Positions 14,871 through 28,630 of a stretch of 64,000 nt of DNA are shown one piece after another; the stretch's first letter is position 1, and each line of letters begins with the position of its first letter. Both the position numbers and the translations under genes were made by a program. The DNA lies in assembly GCF_009914755.1 (NCBI RefSeq), contig NC_060932.1; one strand, given 5' to 3'. Under the pieces are notes generated by a model that worked only from the letters and a program-made list of their open reading frames with translations, ran no database searches and had not been told where the DNA came from. This DNA comes from the human T2T-CHM13v2.0 reference genome, Homo sapiens.

Positions 14871-16689
14871 AAAAACAAAAAACAAAAAACAGCAACCTGC
14901 CCTCATTTTCAGTTTTACACATTTGCTACAACAAATGTAGAATCACTTAAGCTGTTCCTCTAGGCTCTAAGAAGGGAAAAACTTAACATTTAAAATAAAA
15001 TTTAAGTAACTGATTTCCTTATCAAACCTCTGTAAAAGATAAGTTTATTATTAGTCCTGTTAGCCTGCCCAGATCTCAATTTGAATAATTACATTCCTCC
15101 TACCTAATTCATCCCTGTAGTTTTAATTGGTTTCAGAACTTGACTTGCTTCTTTTCAATTGTTACGTAGTATTGTTATTTGGTATTAAACAGCTGTTACG
15201 TTCTACCACAGAGCTGAATATTTTTCAGCAACTGATGCGGTGATTTCAGTCCTATAAGGCAGATAAAACAATTTGCGAGGGCTTTGACATGACAAATAAC
15301 CCCTAAATGGATAGACGTGGCATTAATTATTGGTAACAATAGTTACCATCCATATAGTCACTGCTCTTAGAATAACACAGAGTATTGTCTTCAGTCTATA
15401 AAGTCACACATGCACAGAAAAATTCTTGTTTCCTTAGATATTGTCTTTAGATATACACTCAAAAGTATTGATGTTCTTTCTTTGCTGATATTATATTAGT
15501 TTTAATTAAATACAAGTTGTAGTATACTAAGGACAGATGCTTATTTTGTTTTTTAATCAACTTAGAGGAAGTTTTTTTGGGTCATTTATGTGTTTGGCAA
15601 TGTGCTATGTAACCATTCTTCCTTCCATCACTTGTTTGTTTATATCTTACTGGGGATGACAATATTGAAAGTCTGCAACTAAAAGCTACTCTGAAGCCTG
15701 ACTTCATTCAGCATGTTCATGAATTCATCATCTTAGGGAGCCACCTTATTGCTGCCACTGTTGTTAAGGGCCCTATTTGATACCCCTAATGGAGACTAGC
15801 ATTCTCTGCCATCCATTATGGTTTTCATGTTTGGTTAAAGTTCAGGCCCAGGATAAGCAATAATGACCTAATTAGTAGAAATGTAAACAGCTTCCTTCTC
15901 CATCTCTTTCACATCAATAAAAGGTTTTCTTCACTCTTTTGATGAATGCTGTGGAATGTCTGAAATATCTGTCTCTGAAAACTGGTGTTCAGTGAAAGAT
16001 TTATTTCTATCTAAATGTCCTTAAAATGTACCACCCAAATCTTTGAAAAGTTGTGCGACCTAGAAAAATGATCGCCACCATGAGACACATCCTCACTGCT
16101 GACAACTGTAGCTCTGTGTCCATGGTCTCGACCTGTGGAAATGAAGAAGGCAGAAAGCACTTCCTTCACGTTGCGGGGTGTATAAGGAGCAAGGGCAGCA
16201 CAGATAGACAGCATCAGCATCAGGGAGTCAGAGCAGATGATTGCTGACCCGGGCTGGACCCCCAAGAGCCAGCCAACTCCCTGTCCTCTGTCTGTTGTGG
16301 ACACAGCAGTCCACCCTCCATAACTTTCCCTGTATTGCCTGCTGCTTCCACTCCAGAATGGTTTCAGATGCCCATGTCTTGTTTTATAGCATCTCACCAA
16401 TATGTTCCCAAACTTCCCTGATGGCAGGAATGTTCCAAAAGCCATTATAGTCACTCTAGAAAACTAGGAACTACATCACCAAAGTAGCCTCCTACCTGGA
16501 CCACCAACATCACATCTCTATACACTGGACACAATAGTACTTTCACATACCCATGGTAACTAAAATACATATCAAACTCCCAAAGAAGTCCTGGTGTATA
16601 AGACTGTGTAGTAAATATCAGTTCCCTCCTTCACTCCTCTCTATAATCCTGTGAGATTACGGGTCTGAAAGAGAGGGAGTTAACACTAC

Positions 16690-17290
16690 CTGCAGAAAGT
16701 GACATAAGAATTTAGTATCCCAAGATTAGTTTTGGCCTAAGGGCAGGAGGATGCAATGCTAAGAGAAATGCAAATGAGTGAAGAGATGTCTGGCAAGGGC
16801 AGAGAGAAGCCAGAAGCATGAACGAGGGTTACAAACTGTGCTTCTTCTGGGCTGCTGGGATAATGGGGTTGGAAGAACAGAGAAAGCAGGAAGGAAGAGG
16901 TGAGTAGGCCTGACTTTGGGCAATAGCTTTACCTTTCCATTCCAGGTAGAGAAATGTATCTGTGCAGGCAGGAAGGCACTTTACAAGGGTAGCAGAAAGT
17001 GGTGTGTTCCAGAAAAGAAAGTGGTTCAGCATGCCAGAATGAACGCACGTGAGTGGACATGGCGGGAGAGGGTCTGGAAAGGAAGTTGGGTCTGCTTGTG
17101 AGGACTTGCAGGCCTTGTACAGAGTCACCCCTATCCCCAAGGCAGTGGGAAGCAATCAAAGGACTGTTAAACAAAAGGGCAGTTTCTGTTAGCACAAGTA
17201 CAGCCAATATACTGAAGTGGGGAGAGATTGTAGAGAAGCAAAAAAGAAACAAAATAAGGAAGCTTCTTCAGTAGTCCAAGGCAACGGCTA
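16690..17290 (-). mobile_element. L2 LINE fragments
   Basis: ttccaggtagagaaa...gcaggccttgtacag...ggcagtgggaagcaatcaaagga...cagtagtccaaggc. Confidence 0.55.
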
Positions 17291-18009
17291 ACAAGAGCAA
17301 GTATACCTGCCTTCCTCCCGGTTTTTTTTTAACCTCCGTGTTACTACATATCCTTCTCTTTACTCACTGCTGTGATGGAATATGGAGCCTAGAAAATCTA
17401 GTCTATTTTGCATTATAAAGTATCATCAGGATATGAAAACTGCTAATGGTCATTTGGAAATAGGATCACAATGGGGAAAGATTGAACACCTAGGAACAGA
17501 AAAAAGAATTAATTAAATTAAATCTTGTGCTGATGAAGATTAATATTGGTATTTGATTGCACCTCCATTAAAGGTTTTCCAAATCAAAAGTTTTAATCAA
17601 TGTGTTTCTTCCTGGCTTTCCATACCACCCCAACTCCCCTGAGGTTAAGCCAAATTAACTTCTAATTAAAACATAGCATTTGAAAATGACTTGTGGGGCT
17701 TTGCCACATAATTAATAAAATGAAAAGAATGGCAATTAAGTTCTGAAAATTCATTACCTCATTGAGCAAACACTGTTGGAACACCTGTTGTCTGTAGTAT
17801 TCGACTTATATGCTAACTGTTGGCACTACCAAGATGGAAAAAGCTATTCCTGCTTCTTAGAGCTGGGGCAGAGGCATGGAATGGGTACGTCAGGATTGGA
17901 CTGAGTGAGAGAAATGAAAAGGAAATCCTGGACCCCACAGGTTTCACAGAGGAGTGGGTCTTTTGCTCCTTTGAGTGGATGTTGCAATGAGAATATCAAC
18001 CTCAAGTCA

Positions 18010-18225
18010 TTAGGTTAAAGATGAGACATGGCTGCGACTCTTCCGCTGGGCACTGGGGTCAGATTGCCAGGTTCAAATCCCAGTTGCTCACTTACCAGCT
18101 CAGTCTCCTCACTGGAAAAATGGAGAGCCTCACCTCACAAGGATAATTCTGAGGATCATGTGGGTTCATACACACGAAGTGCTCAGAGCCGTGCCTCACA
18201 CACTGTTATCATTGCCATTAATATT
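18010..18225 (+). mobile_element. MIR SINE
   Basis: ggcactggggtcagattgccaggttcaaatcccagttgctcacttaccagct...gaagtgctcagagccgtgcct. Confidence 0.7.
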
Positions 18226-19110
18226 AAGATCAGTAGCCAAACACTTTACAATAATGAAGAGGAAAAATAAAATAAACTTCAGCAAGATCAAATATGTCAG
18301 GAAAGAAATATCTTTCCCCAATGTCTCCTCCCTCTACAGAAGTATATTTTCTCCCTTTGGCCATGGTTCTAATCAGAGAGTTATCATTTCTACAATCAGA
18401 CAACCACAAAAAAGATACTGTTGCTCTCACTTTCCAAAATTCTGCCTGGCCTCCTCCTGAGGAAAGTGTGATATGGTGCTGTGTGGATCCCCTAAGGGAA
18501 TTAGAAGATGGAGTTGAAGAACATTATCTTAGACTATAAGTCTGTCTGCATACAGCTATGTTCTCAAAGATTATTCCTGCTGCAAATAAAGATCTTGGGA
18601 AAGAGCAATATAGAGTTATCACAGTCTATTGACCCAAAGATGTTTAAAATTAGCCCTTTTTACCCCTCATTAACCAGATTGATTCATGCTCCTCTCACCC
18701 CTAAACTCATTTTCAGTCTGGTTTTTTAAATGGTATAACCAACCAAAATGCTTACAATTGTTCTCGAGGTATGTGACCCTACCAACATCATTATGCCCCT
18801 TTGGCCACTTCATGAAATGCTTCTCTGTAGTTTGTTGGCATAAAACCTGCAAAGGTAACCTTTGTGCAAAAAGAGACCTGACTACTGGAACCATGTATTA
18901 ATAATGTCCTTCTCTATTAGCAGTCAAGGTGTTGTAGGAAGGGCATTGGGCTGGATGAGGAAAAGAGACCTGGCTCTAGTCCTGGCTGTGACCTTGAGAA
19001 ACCACAACTTCTACAGCTTCAATTTATTCATTGCAAAGGGGCAGCAATAGACTTTGTAACCCCCTATTGTTTTACTTTACTTCATGCTCTCAATTCATTA
19101 AAAATGATGA

Positions 19111-19407
<297 letters not shown>

Positions 19408-19417
19408 GAATAATTTG

Positions 19418-19674
<257 letters not shown>

Positions 19675-19729
19675 TCAAAGATGTAATTGAATAAAATCCT
19701 TAATAGAAAACTGTAAGATTATTTCATTT

Positions 19730-19980
19730 CTTCATTCAACAAGTATTTATTGAATGTCCAGTGTGCACCTGAACCAGGTACAGTGATGGGACAGGTAGTG
19801 GACAAGGATGGGTCTTTAATGGAGCATATATTTTAATGGGCAGAACAGACAATAAACAGAGAAATTAGCAAACTAATTTCAGATTGTTGGAAGTGCTCTG
19901 AAGGAAATAAGTGAGTGATGAATGAGAGAACAGCAGAAGGGGGCTCACACAGCTAAAGAATGTATCACAGATCTCTCTTT
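19730..19980 (-). mobile_element. L2 3' fragment
   Basis: ttcattcaacaagtatttattgaatgtcca. Confidence 0.7.
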
Positions 19981-21779
19981 CTTCTTCCCTCCCTCTCCTC
20001 TTCTCCTCACCCCCTTTGGGGCAGATACATCTTAATGGTGGCTAGAATGATAAAGATTGGCATGAAGGAAATGGCACGAAGGAAAAGGAGGAGAGATTTC
20101 CTAGAGAGGGTGCAGCCCACTACAAAAACCCCAAGGAAGGAAAATAATTGGGATTTTTAACAAAACTACCAGGCCTAAGTATGCACACATTAACAGCCAG
20201 TGGAAGATATATGGCTGTTTTTGGAAGCTGCAGAGATATGGTTCACAGCACGCAGCCATGTAGGTTATGTCCTATATCTCAAAACATGTCTCCTCCCAAA
20301 AGAGCTCTTGAGATGAGCATATGAACCATATACTGTGTGAAAGCCAATACAAGCAAGCTGTTTTCTGGGATACAAGGTTCTTGTGAGAATCATATGAGAT
20401 GCTCTTGAGTAAGCCTTTGTAAACTTGACCACCCTGCAGGTATAAGTTATTACTGTGCTTCCTGCTAATATAGATCTTGTTGATGGCTTCTGAAAGCACC
20501 ATTCACCCTAAGTAGACATTCGGAATGGCTCTGTGGGCAGCTGTGTTCTTTCCTGCTTCTATCTGCCTTTGCATGTATCAGACTAACCTTGCTTGGAACC
20601 CTACTCAGAGCATCACAAAGGTGAAGTCTGACCTTTCATTATCCAGACAGACAGATTTGTGTTTGACTTGCTCACTGTGTCCCAAAAAACTGCTCAGCAG
20701 CATGAATCAGAAAACACCATCTAGATGACATCTGGGCAGGGGATAGCCAGCTACTTCTGTGTCACACAAATGAAAAGCCAGAATAAGAGTCTCATTTGGG
20801 TCACGCATTTCTTCAGGATAATAAATAATAATAAATGAAAGAAAGAAATGTAGATAAAAACGAGCACATGTAAAGAAGTGAGCATTTTTCTAAATCCTCT
20901 GATGAGTTAGTAAGTGACATACTAATTTACTTACTCTTATTTCTTTGGTTTAAATAAGAAATTAAAGATAAGGAAACAGAAGGGCAAAGCCAGTTAGTAA
21001 AGGTGAGGTATGAAAAGAGCTGAAATATTGCCAGAATATCCTACCATGACAATCTCCCGATGCTAATCTTGCCAACAGTTTCAATGCAAGTTATACAAGA
21101 ACCAAGAATCTTCATGTTGCAATGTTTCTTGGTTTGCCCAAATAGACCTTCAATTTGATTTCACTGAATCTTATGCTGACAGGGATCAGTACTGCCCTGA
21201 AACATGGTTTTCTAATATGAGCTCCAATGCCATGAAATAGGATGGATTTTATCAATAATTTCCTGCATATCACTGATAAATTTTAAAATCTATACTTTGA
21301 TCAGAAGTCAATCTAAATATATATAATAATCTCATAATATTTTTTGAATATTTTTTGAAGCTTCATACTATTTCTAAATAAAAGCTTTAGATTTTTAGAT
21401 GACAACATACGAATGAACTACTAAATGATCTGTTTCATGTCATAGTTTTTAAAAGCACCTAATATAGTGCCTGGCATATAATGGACAACTCAGTAAATGT
21501 TTCTTGAATGAAAACTGTTCAGCACAGTCTATTTCTAACAAGAGTCAATGTAATCTAGCCCCCATACAAACCTTAAGTGTGATCTAGAATCCATATCCTT
21601 CATTTATAAAGTGGATTAAAGTTTCAGAGGATGCTTGCAATTAGAAATATTAGCCATGAAGCTTTTAGTGTCTTTGCGGACATTTTTCTAATACCATTGA
21701 GGATTAGATCATTTAGTAAGAAAATAGACAAAGATCCCATGTACTTGACATAGTGCCCCACCCCACCCCCAAGCCAGCT

Positions 21780-22110
21780 CTTCAGCTAGTTGATGCCTCC
21801 TTATCTATCTAGTTCAGGGTCATGTCCTAAGGGAACCTTCCTGACCCTAAATCTGCATCAAATCTTTTACACACCCATAGTACACATTCATTGCACTCAT
21901 AATTCTAGCCTTGTTAAGGATCTACTTGGAGTTTTGTGAAGATGAGGTCCCTTTAATTGTTCACACAATTCTAATTTTGTATCTATTTAGTTCATTACTC
22001 TTTGCACCCTAGACCATAAGATCCTTGAGGACAGGATCATGAAAAATGTTGCTTGCCATTTTAGCCTGGTGCCTGGCCAAAACAGAGTGTTCAATAAATA
22101 TTTGTTTACT
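21780..22110 (+). mobile_element. L2 3' fragment
   Basis: ctagaccataagatccttgaggacagg...gtgcctggc...ttcaataaatatttgtt. Confidence 0.65.
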
Positions 22111-24676
22111 TCATATATGAAGTATGACATGGTTTTGTGTGCAGGACCTGTGTGGCCCATTAAGTTATCTTAGCAATCAGAAAAGCTGCCTTTAGATCTA
22201 GTAAGGTACACTCCTGTGTTTTCCTTTAAATGCCCAGATCTAAGTAGGGATAGTACTTCATTCCACCTGAAGATAAAGTTCAAACATCATGTATTCTTTC
22301 TCTTTTCTAAGACAAACACTTTAACCAGTTTCCCTAACCAGTTTATCTTCTAATATCTGAAAATCAGCTGTCCTTCCTCCTATAAATCTCATTTTCTCCC
22401 AATGGCATATATGACATTTACAAATTAAAATTAAACTTTAATTAAAACACACAAAAGAGACAATGTTGAACTTGGAGTAGTTACAGCTCTTCTCCCTGGA
22501 ACTCCTTGCAGCAACTATCATTACCCTGGAGAATTAAAGAGAAGTAAATTTGATTAGCTCAGGGACATTGGTCTCTGAGATAAAGAAAGACTTCTGCTTT
22601 CAACTTTATTAGAGAAATACATCTTTAAAACGAATCCATAGTGTTAATATTCCCCCCAAATATGACTTCTATTACTTCTCTGGCAAGGGTAATCAGTTTG
22701 TAAGAATGCCTCTTACTATGGAAGCCCCAAAGATCCCAAATGCTCTCAGTTCTCCAGTAGATTCAGTATACCATGGATGGAATCAGACCTTCCACCTTAA
22801 AATTTAGAAACAAATACCAAACTGAAATCCTATCCTGTCCTCTTTTTAAAGAAATAATTGCTTAATGCCTTTTGCAAAGGTACTTCATTTTTAGCCTTTT
22901 CTTATTAGCCTTTGTTTCTTATTATTTTATTTGTATCTCTTAGTTTTCAGTCTTAATACCCATCACTCTAACTATAATTACCTCACACTTCTACATACTG
23001 TCAATGGGACCAGAACACTAAAACCCCATTGGCTTAATATCCCTCTCACCTTTGCTCCTCCTAGAATGGTTTTTACCTGTACAACCAAGAGGCCTCCTGC
23101 CTAGAATGTAGGTGGGTGTGGTGGGTGCATCACTTGTACTTAAGATGCCATGGGGAAAGAGGAATGTCTTGAGAAAATGCCAGTCAAAAATCAGAACAAA
23201 TCATCCAGTCAGGCTGAAGGAACTTACCGCAGAGGGTTCAGCACCAAGTGGACAGAGGTGAGAAAACAGGTGGGACAGAAAGGCTGCAAGGTTAGGAGCA
23301 GGAGGCTCATCTAATTTATCATCCATTTTATTTTGAGAATGAAAGGCACTATAAATAATAAGAGGCAGAAACCTGGACTGTCGCTGATAAACAGAGATTT
23401 GTGATCACTGTCATCAGAATGGGAAAGGAATCCAAAACAATCCTGCAGGCTCTGCTGTGGTGGAGGCTTTGTCTCTGTCCTTCTTTGTCCAAGTGTCCAT
23501 TGCTGACCAGCCCTCCTCTGATGGGCATATGAATTTCTTCCTTTGTTTAGATAAGGAAATACCATCCATCAGATATGGCAAGTCTTGTCTTTCACTGCCA
23601 ATGTCCTTAAGGTGATATGCCTGGATGTCCCTAATGGGACCAATTATGTGTTAATTTTATAGTATAGCTATTAGAGGAGGACAGACTTATGTCCTTTATT
23701 CTCAAGTTTTTGAAGGAGTTCCTCCACCCTCCTTTAGTTACTTCCAAACATTTCCTATATTCATTAGAAGGACTTCTGTTTAAAAAGAGGTATTTTTCAA
23801 AGTTTTAGTGTTTGGCATCAAGCAATCTTGATGTTTGGCAGAGGAAAAGCATCCTTAACATCCCAACCTAAAATCCACATGTTTTGGGATGGACATTCTT
23901 ATCTAAAATGCAATCAAATCAGTCAGAAGGGCAGGGCATCTGTTATGTCAGTTATGGTCATATGAATCATGGCTGAATTTATTGTACAAGTCACAGTTAT
24001 CAAGCTAGAACATAAAAGCAAAGAGAAACAAGCATCACTTCATGAAAAGACAACTGTCCAAACCATATTTATGTTATCTTTTATCCTACCTTCTCGATCA
24101 TTTCTTTTTTAGCTGATATCTTACATAGAATGTTTCAGTTACCTGGAACAAGTCACACAATGCCAGATACCAGATATGGAAGGGATTTCTTTTTTTTTTT
24201 TTTTTAACCTTCTTGAAATTAAGTCAAATTTTTAAATGGCTTTTCCCATTCTGAGATTCTAAAAGTATTTTATCCTTTTCTTCTACAACATATATGGTTT
24301 CATTTTTTTAAAACATGTAAATCTCTGGTTCATTTGAAGTTTATCTCCAAAAATTTAACATAATAAATTTTGAGAGGGAGAATTGATAGCTTTCTGTTGC
24401 CACATATTTTGATCTAAAAATATGGGACATCTTTTCACGTGTCCAAGTCTTACTTTTTATTCTTCCAAGATGGCTTAAGGTTGTTACTTCCACATTCTCA
24501 TTGTTTTATCTTTGAGAATACTATCCTAAATGGAGTCTTTTCTTCGATTATGTCTTCTAACATGTATTTATGTATACAGAGACTATTGATTTCTATTAAT
24601 TGATGTCTTACTGAATTCTCTCATTGTTTTTATGCATTTCTGCTGATTCTCTTGGGTTTTCCAGGTAAACATTTCC

Positions 24677-25345
<669 letters not shown>

Positions 25346-26679
25346 GGGTATTCTTTCTTATCTAAAAATAGTACCAGATTTACTTTCTTCTTTCCAGTTT
25401 TTACACTTGTAATTTCTTTTTCTGGTCTAATTTTGTTAAATATTAGTGGTAGTGGTGGGTATCCTTGTCTCATTTGTAACAGCAGGAATACTTTTTTGTT
25501 TCTCCAGTAATTTTGATGCCAGTTTTTGACTAACACAGATGACAAATGGATAGATAAAAATATAGATATATATTTATTACATCAAGGAAATATTTATCAA
25601 TTCTTACTTTAAATCATGTTTTTTTAAATAGAAATAGTTGCTGGATTTAGGCAACTACCTTTTCTGGGTCTATGGAGATGACTATATGTTTTACCTAAGT
25701 CTGTAAATATAATAAATTATATTAATAAATAGTCTAATATCAATCCATCCTTGTATTTCTGAAATAATCTCTACTTGGTCATAAAGTGTTATTATAATGT
25801 GTGTTGCTAGATCTTGGTAGCTACTATTTTATGTAGTATTTTTACATTGATATGCATAAGTTCTTTGAGGCTGTAGTTTTCTTTTTTGTGCAGTGCTTTT
25901 CAGCTTTTGGTATCAATGTTGTGCAGACATCATAAAGAAATTTGGAAGCTTTCCTTATTCTTCTGTGCCTTAGAGAAGAATAAATTGTGGGGAACTAGAT
26001 GCTCTTTAACTATATGGTAAAATTCCCAGCAAACTTGATTGATTGCCTGCTCTGAGCCAAACACTGTACTTGGTTGCTGGAGATACAGAGATGAGTGAGG
26101 GATGGTCCCTATCTTCAAGGAACTCACCATCTAATGGAAACAATAATATATTACAAAATGGGGTATTGGTTTCTACAGTGAAAGTATGTAGGAAGTGCTA
26201 GGAGAATACGAAGAATGGTTTCATAAAGAGAGTAGGAAACCGTGCCCAACCAGTGTTGGTGATTCTCATGAGAAGGGCAAGCAAAAGCCCAAATGAAGTT
26301 ATTTCAGAAGCTCTGTTCCACAAACCTGCCTCTGCTGCTGAAGTTCCTGTTGTAGTCTGAAGACTTTTTTTTTTCAATTAGAAACATCGTAAGACTTAAA
26401 ACGCAGCTGCCCCTGGGAGATATGAAACTGCCACTTAAGTTTACACCCAAAAAAAATAACTTACAGACATCTCCCGAAGATGATTTTGGTACAGAAACAG
26501 TAAAGATTGTAAGGTCCCCAGCATGAAAGTGAGACTAATGAGGAAGTTCTAAAAGGGGAAGAAAGGGCCGTCAAAGGTAAACTTTGTCAAATTTACTCAT
26601 TTACCTGAGTCTACCCAGGATGCAATCAATGAGTAGATTAGCTTGTCTCTTCACAAGTGTCTCTCCCTTTCTCTGCCCC

Positions 26680-27570
26680 CAGAAAGTTTTATTGAAGAAT
26701 TATACACATACACAAAAATACACAAATATAAAGTGGATAGCTTAATTAATTCTCACAAATTAAGCATTCCCATAGAAACATCAGCCCCTTTAACCACCCC
26801 CAAGGGGTATTCTCCTCACTTCTATCATCATAAATTAGATTGCCTGTTTTTGAACTTTATGTAAATGAAGTCATGAGTGCATGCTTTTTTCTTCTTCTTT
26901 TTTATTATACTTTAATTTCTAGGGTACATGTGCACAACGTGCAGGTTTGTTACATAGGTATACGTGTGCCATGCTGGTTTGCTGCACCCATTAACTCATC
27001 ATTTACATTAGGTATTTCTCCTAATGCTATCCCTCCCCCTACAACCCACCCCATGACAGGCTCCTGTGTGTGATGTTCCCCACCCTGTGTCCAAGTGTTC
27101 TTATTGTTCAATTCCCTCCTATGAGTGAGAACAAGAGTGCATGCTTTTTTTGTATCTAGTTTCTTTTGTTTGATGTTATTTTTGTACATTCCAGCCTTGT
27201 GAATACATATTAATTTAATTATCATTGCTGTATAAGTATTGCCTTGTATGAATATATCACAATTTATCCATTCCAATACTGATGAGCATTTAAACAGCTT
27301 CCAGTTTGGAGCTATTGTGAATATCTTGTACCGCTTATAAGCATTCTTGTTCATGATTTTTTGTTATCCTTCCTTTAGGGTATATACATAAAAAGTGAAA
27401 TTGACACGTCACTGAATAGGCAAATGTTCAGCTTTTACAGGTACGACCAGTTTTCCAAAGTGGTTATACTAATTTATATTCCCTCCAGCAGTATGTGAGA
27501 GTTCTCTTTGCTCCATATCTTCAATGGTATTTGTTGATTCCCATCTTTATCGTTTTAGCCATGCTGTGCA
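26680..27570 (-). mobile_element. Old L1M (L1MC/ME-like) 3' region
   Basis: ttttattgaagaattatacacataca, tgcctgtttttgaactttat, cttccagtttggagctattgtgaat, ttttccaaagtggttatactaatttatattccctccagcagtatgtgagagttc. Confidence 0.75.
26891..27134 (-). mobile_element. 5'-truncated L1PA (about PA5-7) 3' end with perfect 16-bp TSD
   Basis: tattatactttaatttctagggtacatgtgcacaacgtgcagg; TSD gagtgcatgctttttt at 26875-26890 and 27135-27150. Confidence 0.95.
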
Positions 27571-28419
27571 ATCCACAAATGAAAGTTAGTTTAGTGCTTT
27601 GTAAAACTTTGGCTAATTTTGATTAAAGGAATAATTTTTTAAAAAAAGAAAAATAACAGAAAGTTTTTAAGTAGGCAAAGACTTCATTATTCAGATGATA
27701 AAAGTCCGCTATTTAAATTAATTTTCATTTAGATTGATACTAGGCAAAGTTCTAACATTGAGGACTTGCCCTTTTAAATGTTTCCATTCTAATATTGCTA
27801 CTTTATTCTGCACACCATAGCTCTAATAAATGACATTGCCAAGTGTGTGTAATAATAATTGCTTTGAATAAATAATGCAAGATAATGAGCCAAAGAATAG
27901 TGTTTTGAATTATAGAGAAAACAGTGGGCTGAGCTATGATAATAACTAGAAAAATTAAAGAAGTCAATCAGAAGGTCAATACAGTTATTAAAGAGAAACA
28001 AAGCAGAGCCAAGCAAAGAGATATTTTTCTACTGAGGTTGTATAATTCCTTGTAAAATGATGAGTTAAAGGTCATGAAGAAGAAGTTGCAAAAATATGCT
28101 TTTTAATTTTTAGGATGTTTTCTCCACCATGATTCATGAGCTCTTTAACAAAAGCTACCCAGGTAAAAGTGGCAGGCAATTGTACCCATTAATGCAAATA
28201 CTAAGCGCATCCTCCTTTTAATATTAAGGAAGAAAGGAAATGGAAATGGAAGGAGTAAAACAGAGAAGTGGGAATATTCTGAAACGGTTTCTGGGAAGTT
28301 ACTTTCATGAGATACGGATATTTTAATTTTTTACTGCAAACTCTATCCAGAATGTACTCAGACATAAGTGCTAAAAAAAAATAAGGAAAGCCTATTTTAT
28401 ACCTTTCTATTCATTCTTA

Positions 28420-28630
28420 AGTATAAATTTTTAAATATACATAACATGTGCTTTCTCCTGTAGTAGCACTTATCAGTGTTACAACTGACTGTTTGTCTTC
28501 ATTCCCCATAGACTATGCACTCAGGAAAGTCAGAGACCTTTGACCATTTTTCTCTATTGTATCTCCATTGCTTATCATATCATCTAAACCACTCAATAAA
28601 TATTTGCTGAATAAATGAATGAATGAACAA
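28420..28630 (+). mobile_element. L2 3' end
   Basis: actcaataaatatttgctgaataaatgaatgaatgaa. Confidence 0.75.

Noticed and set aside
16011-16454. 147-aa minus-strand ORF as a single-exon gene
   Set aside because: No recognisable domain and it runs through a polypyrimidine tract/acceptor; only the 3' part is kept as an exon candidate.
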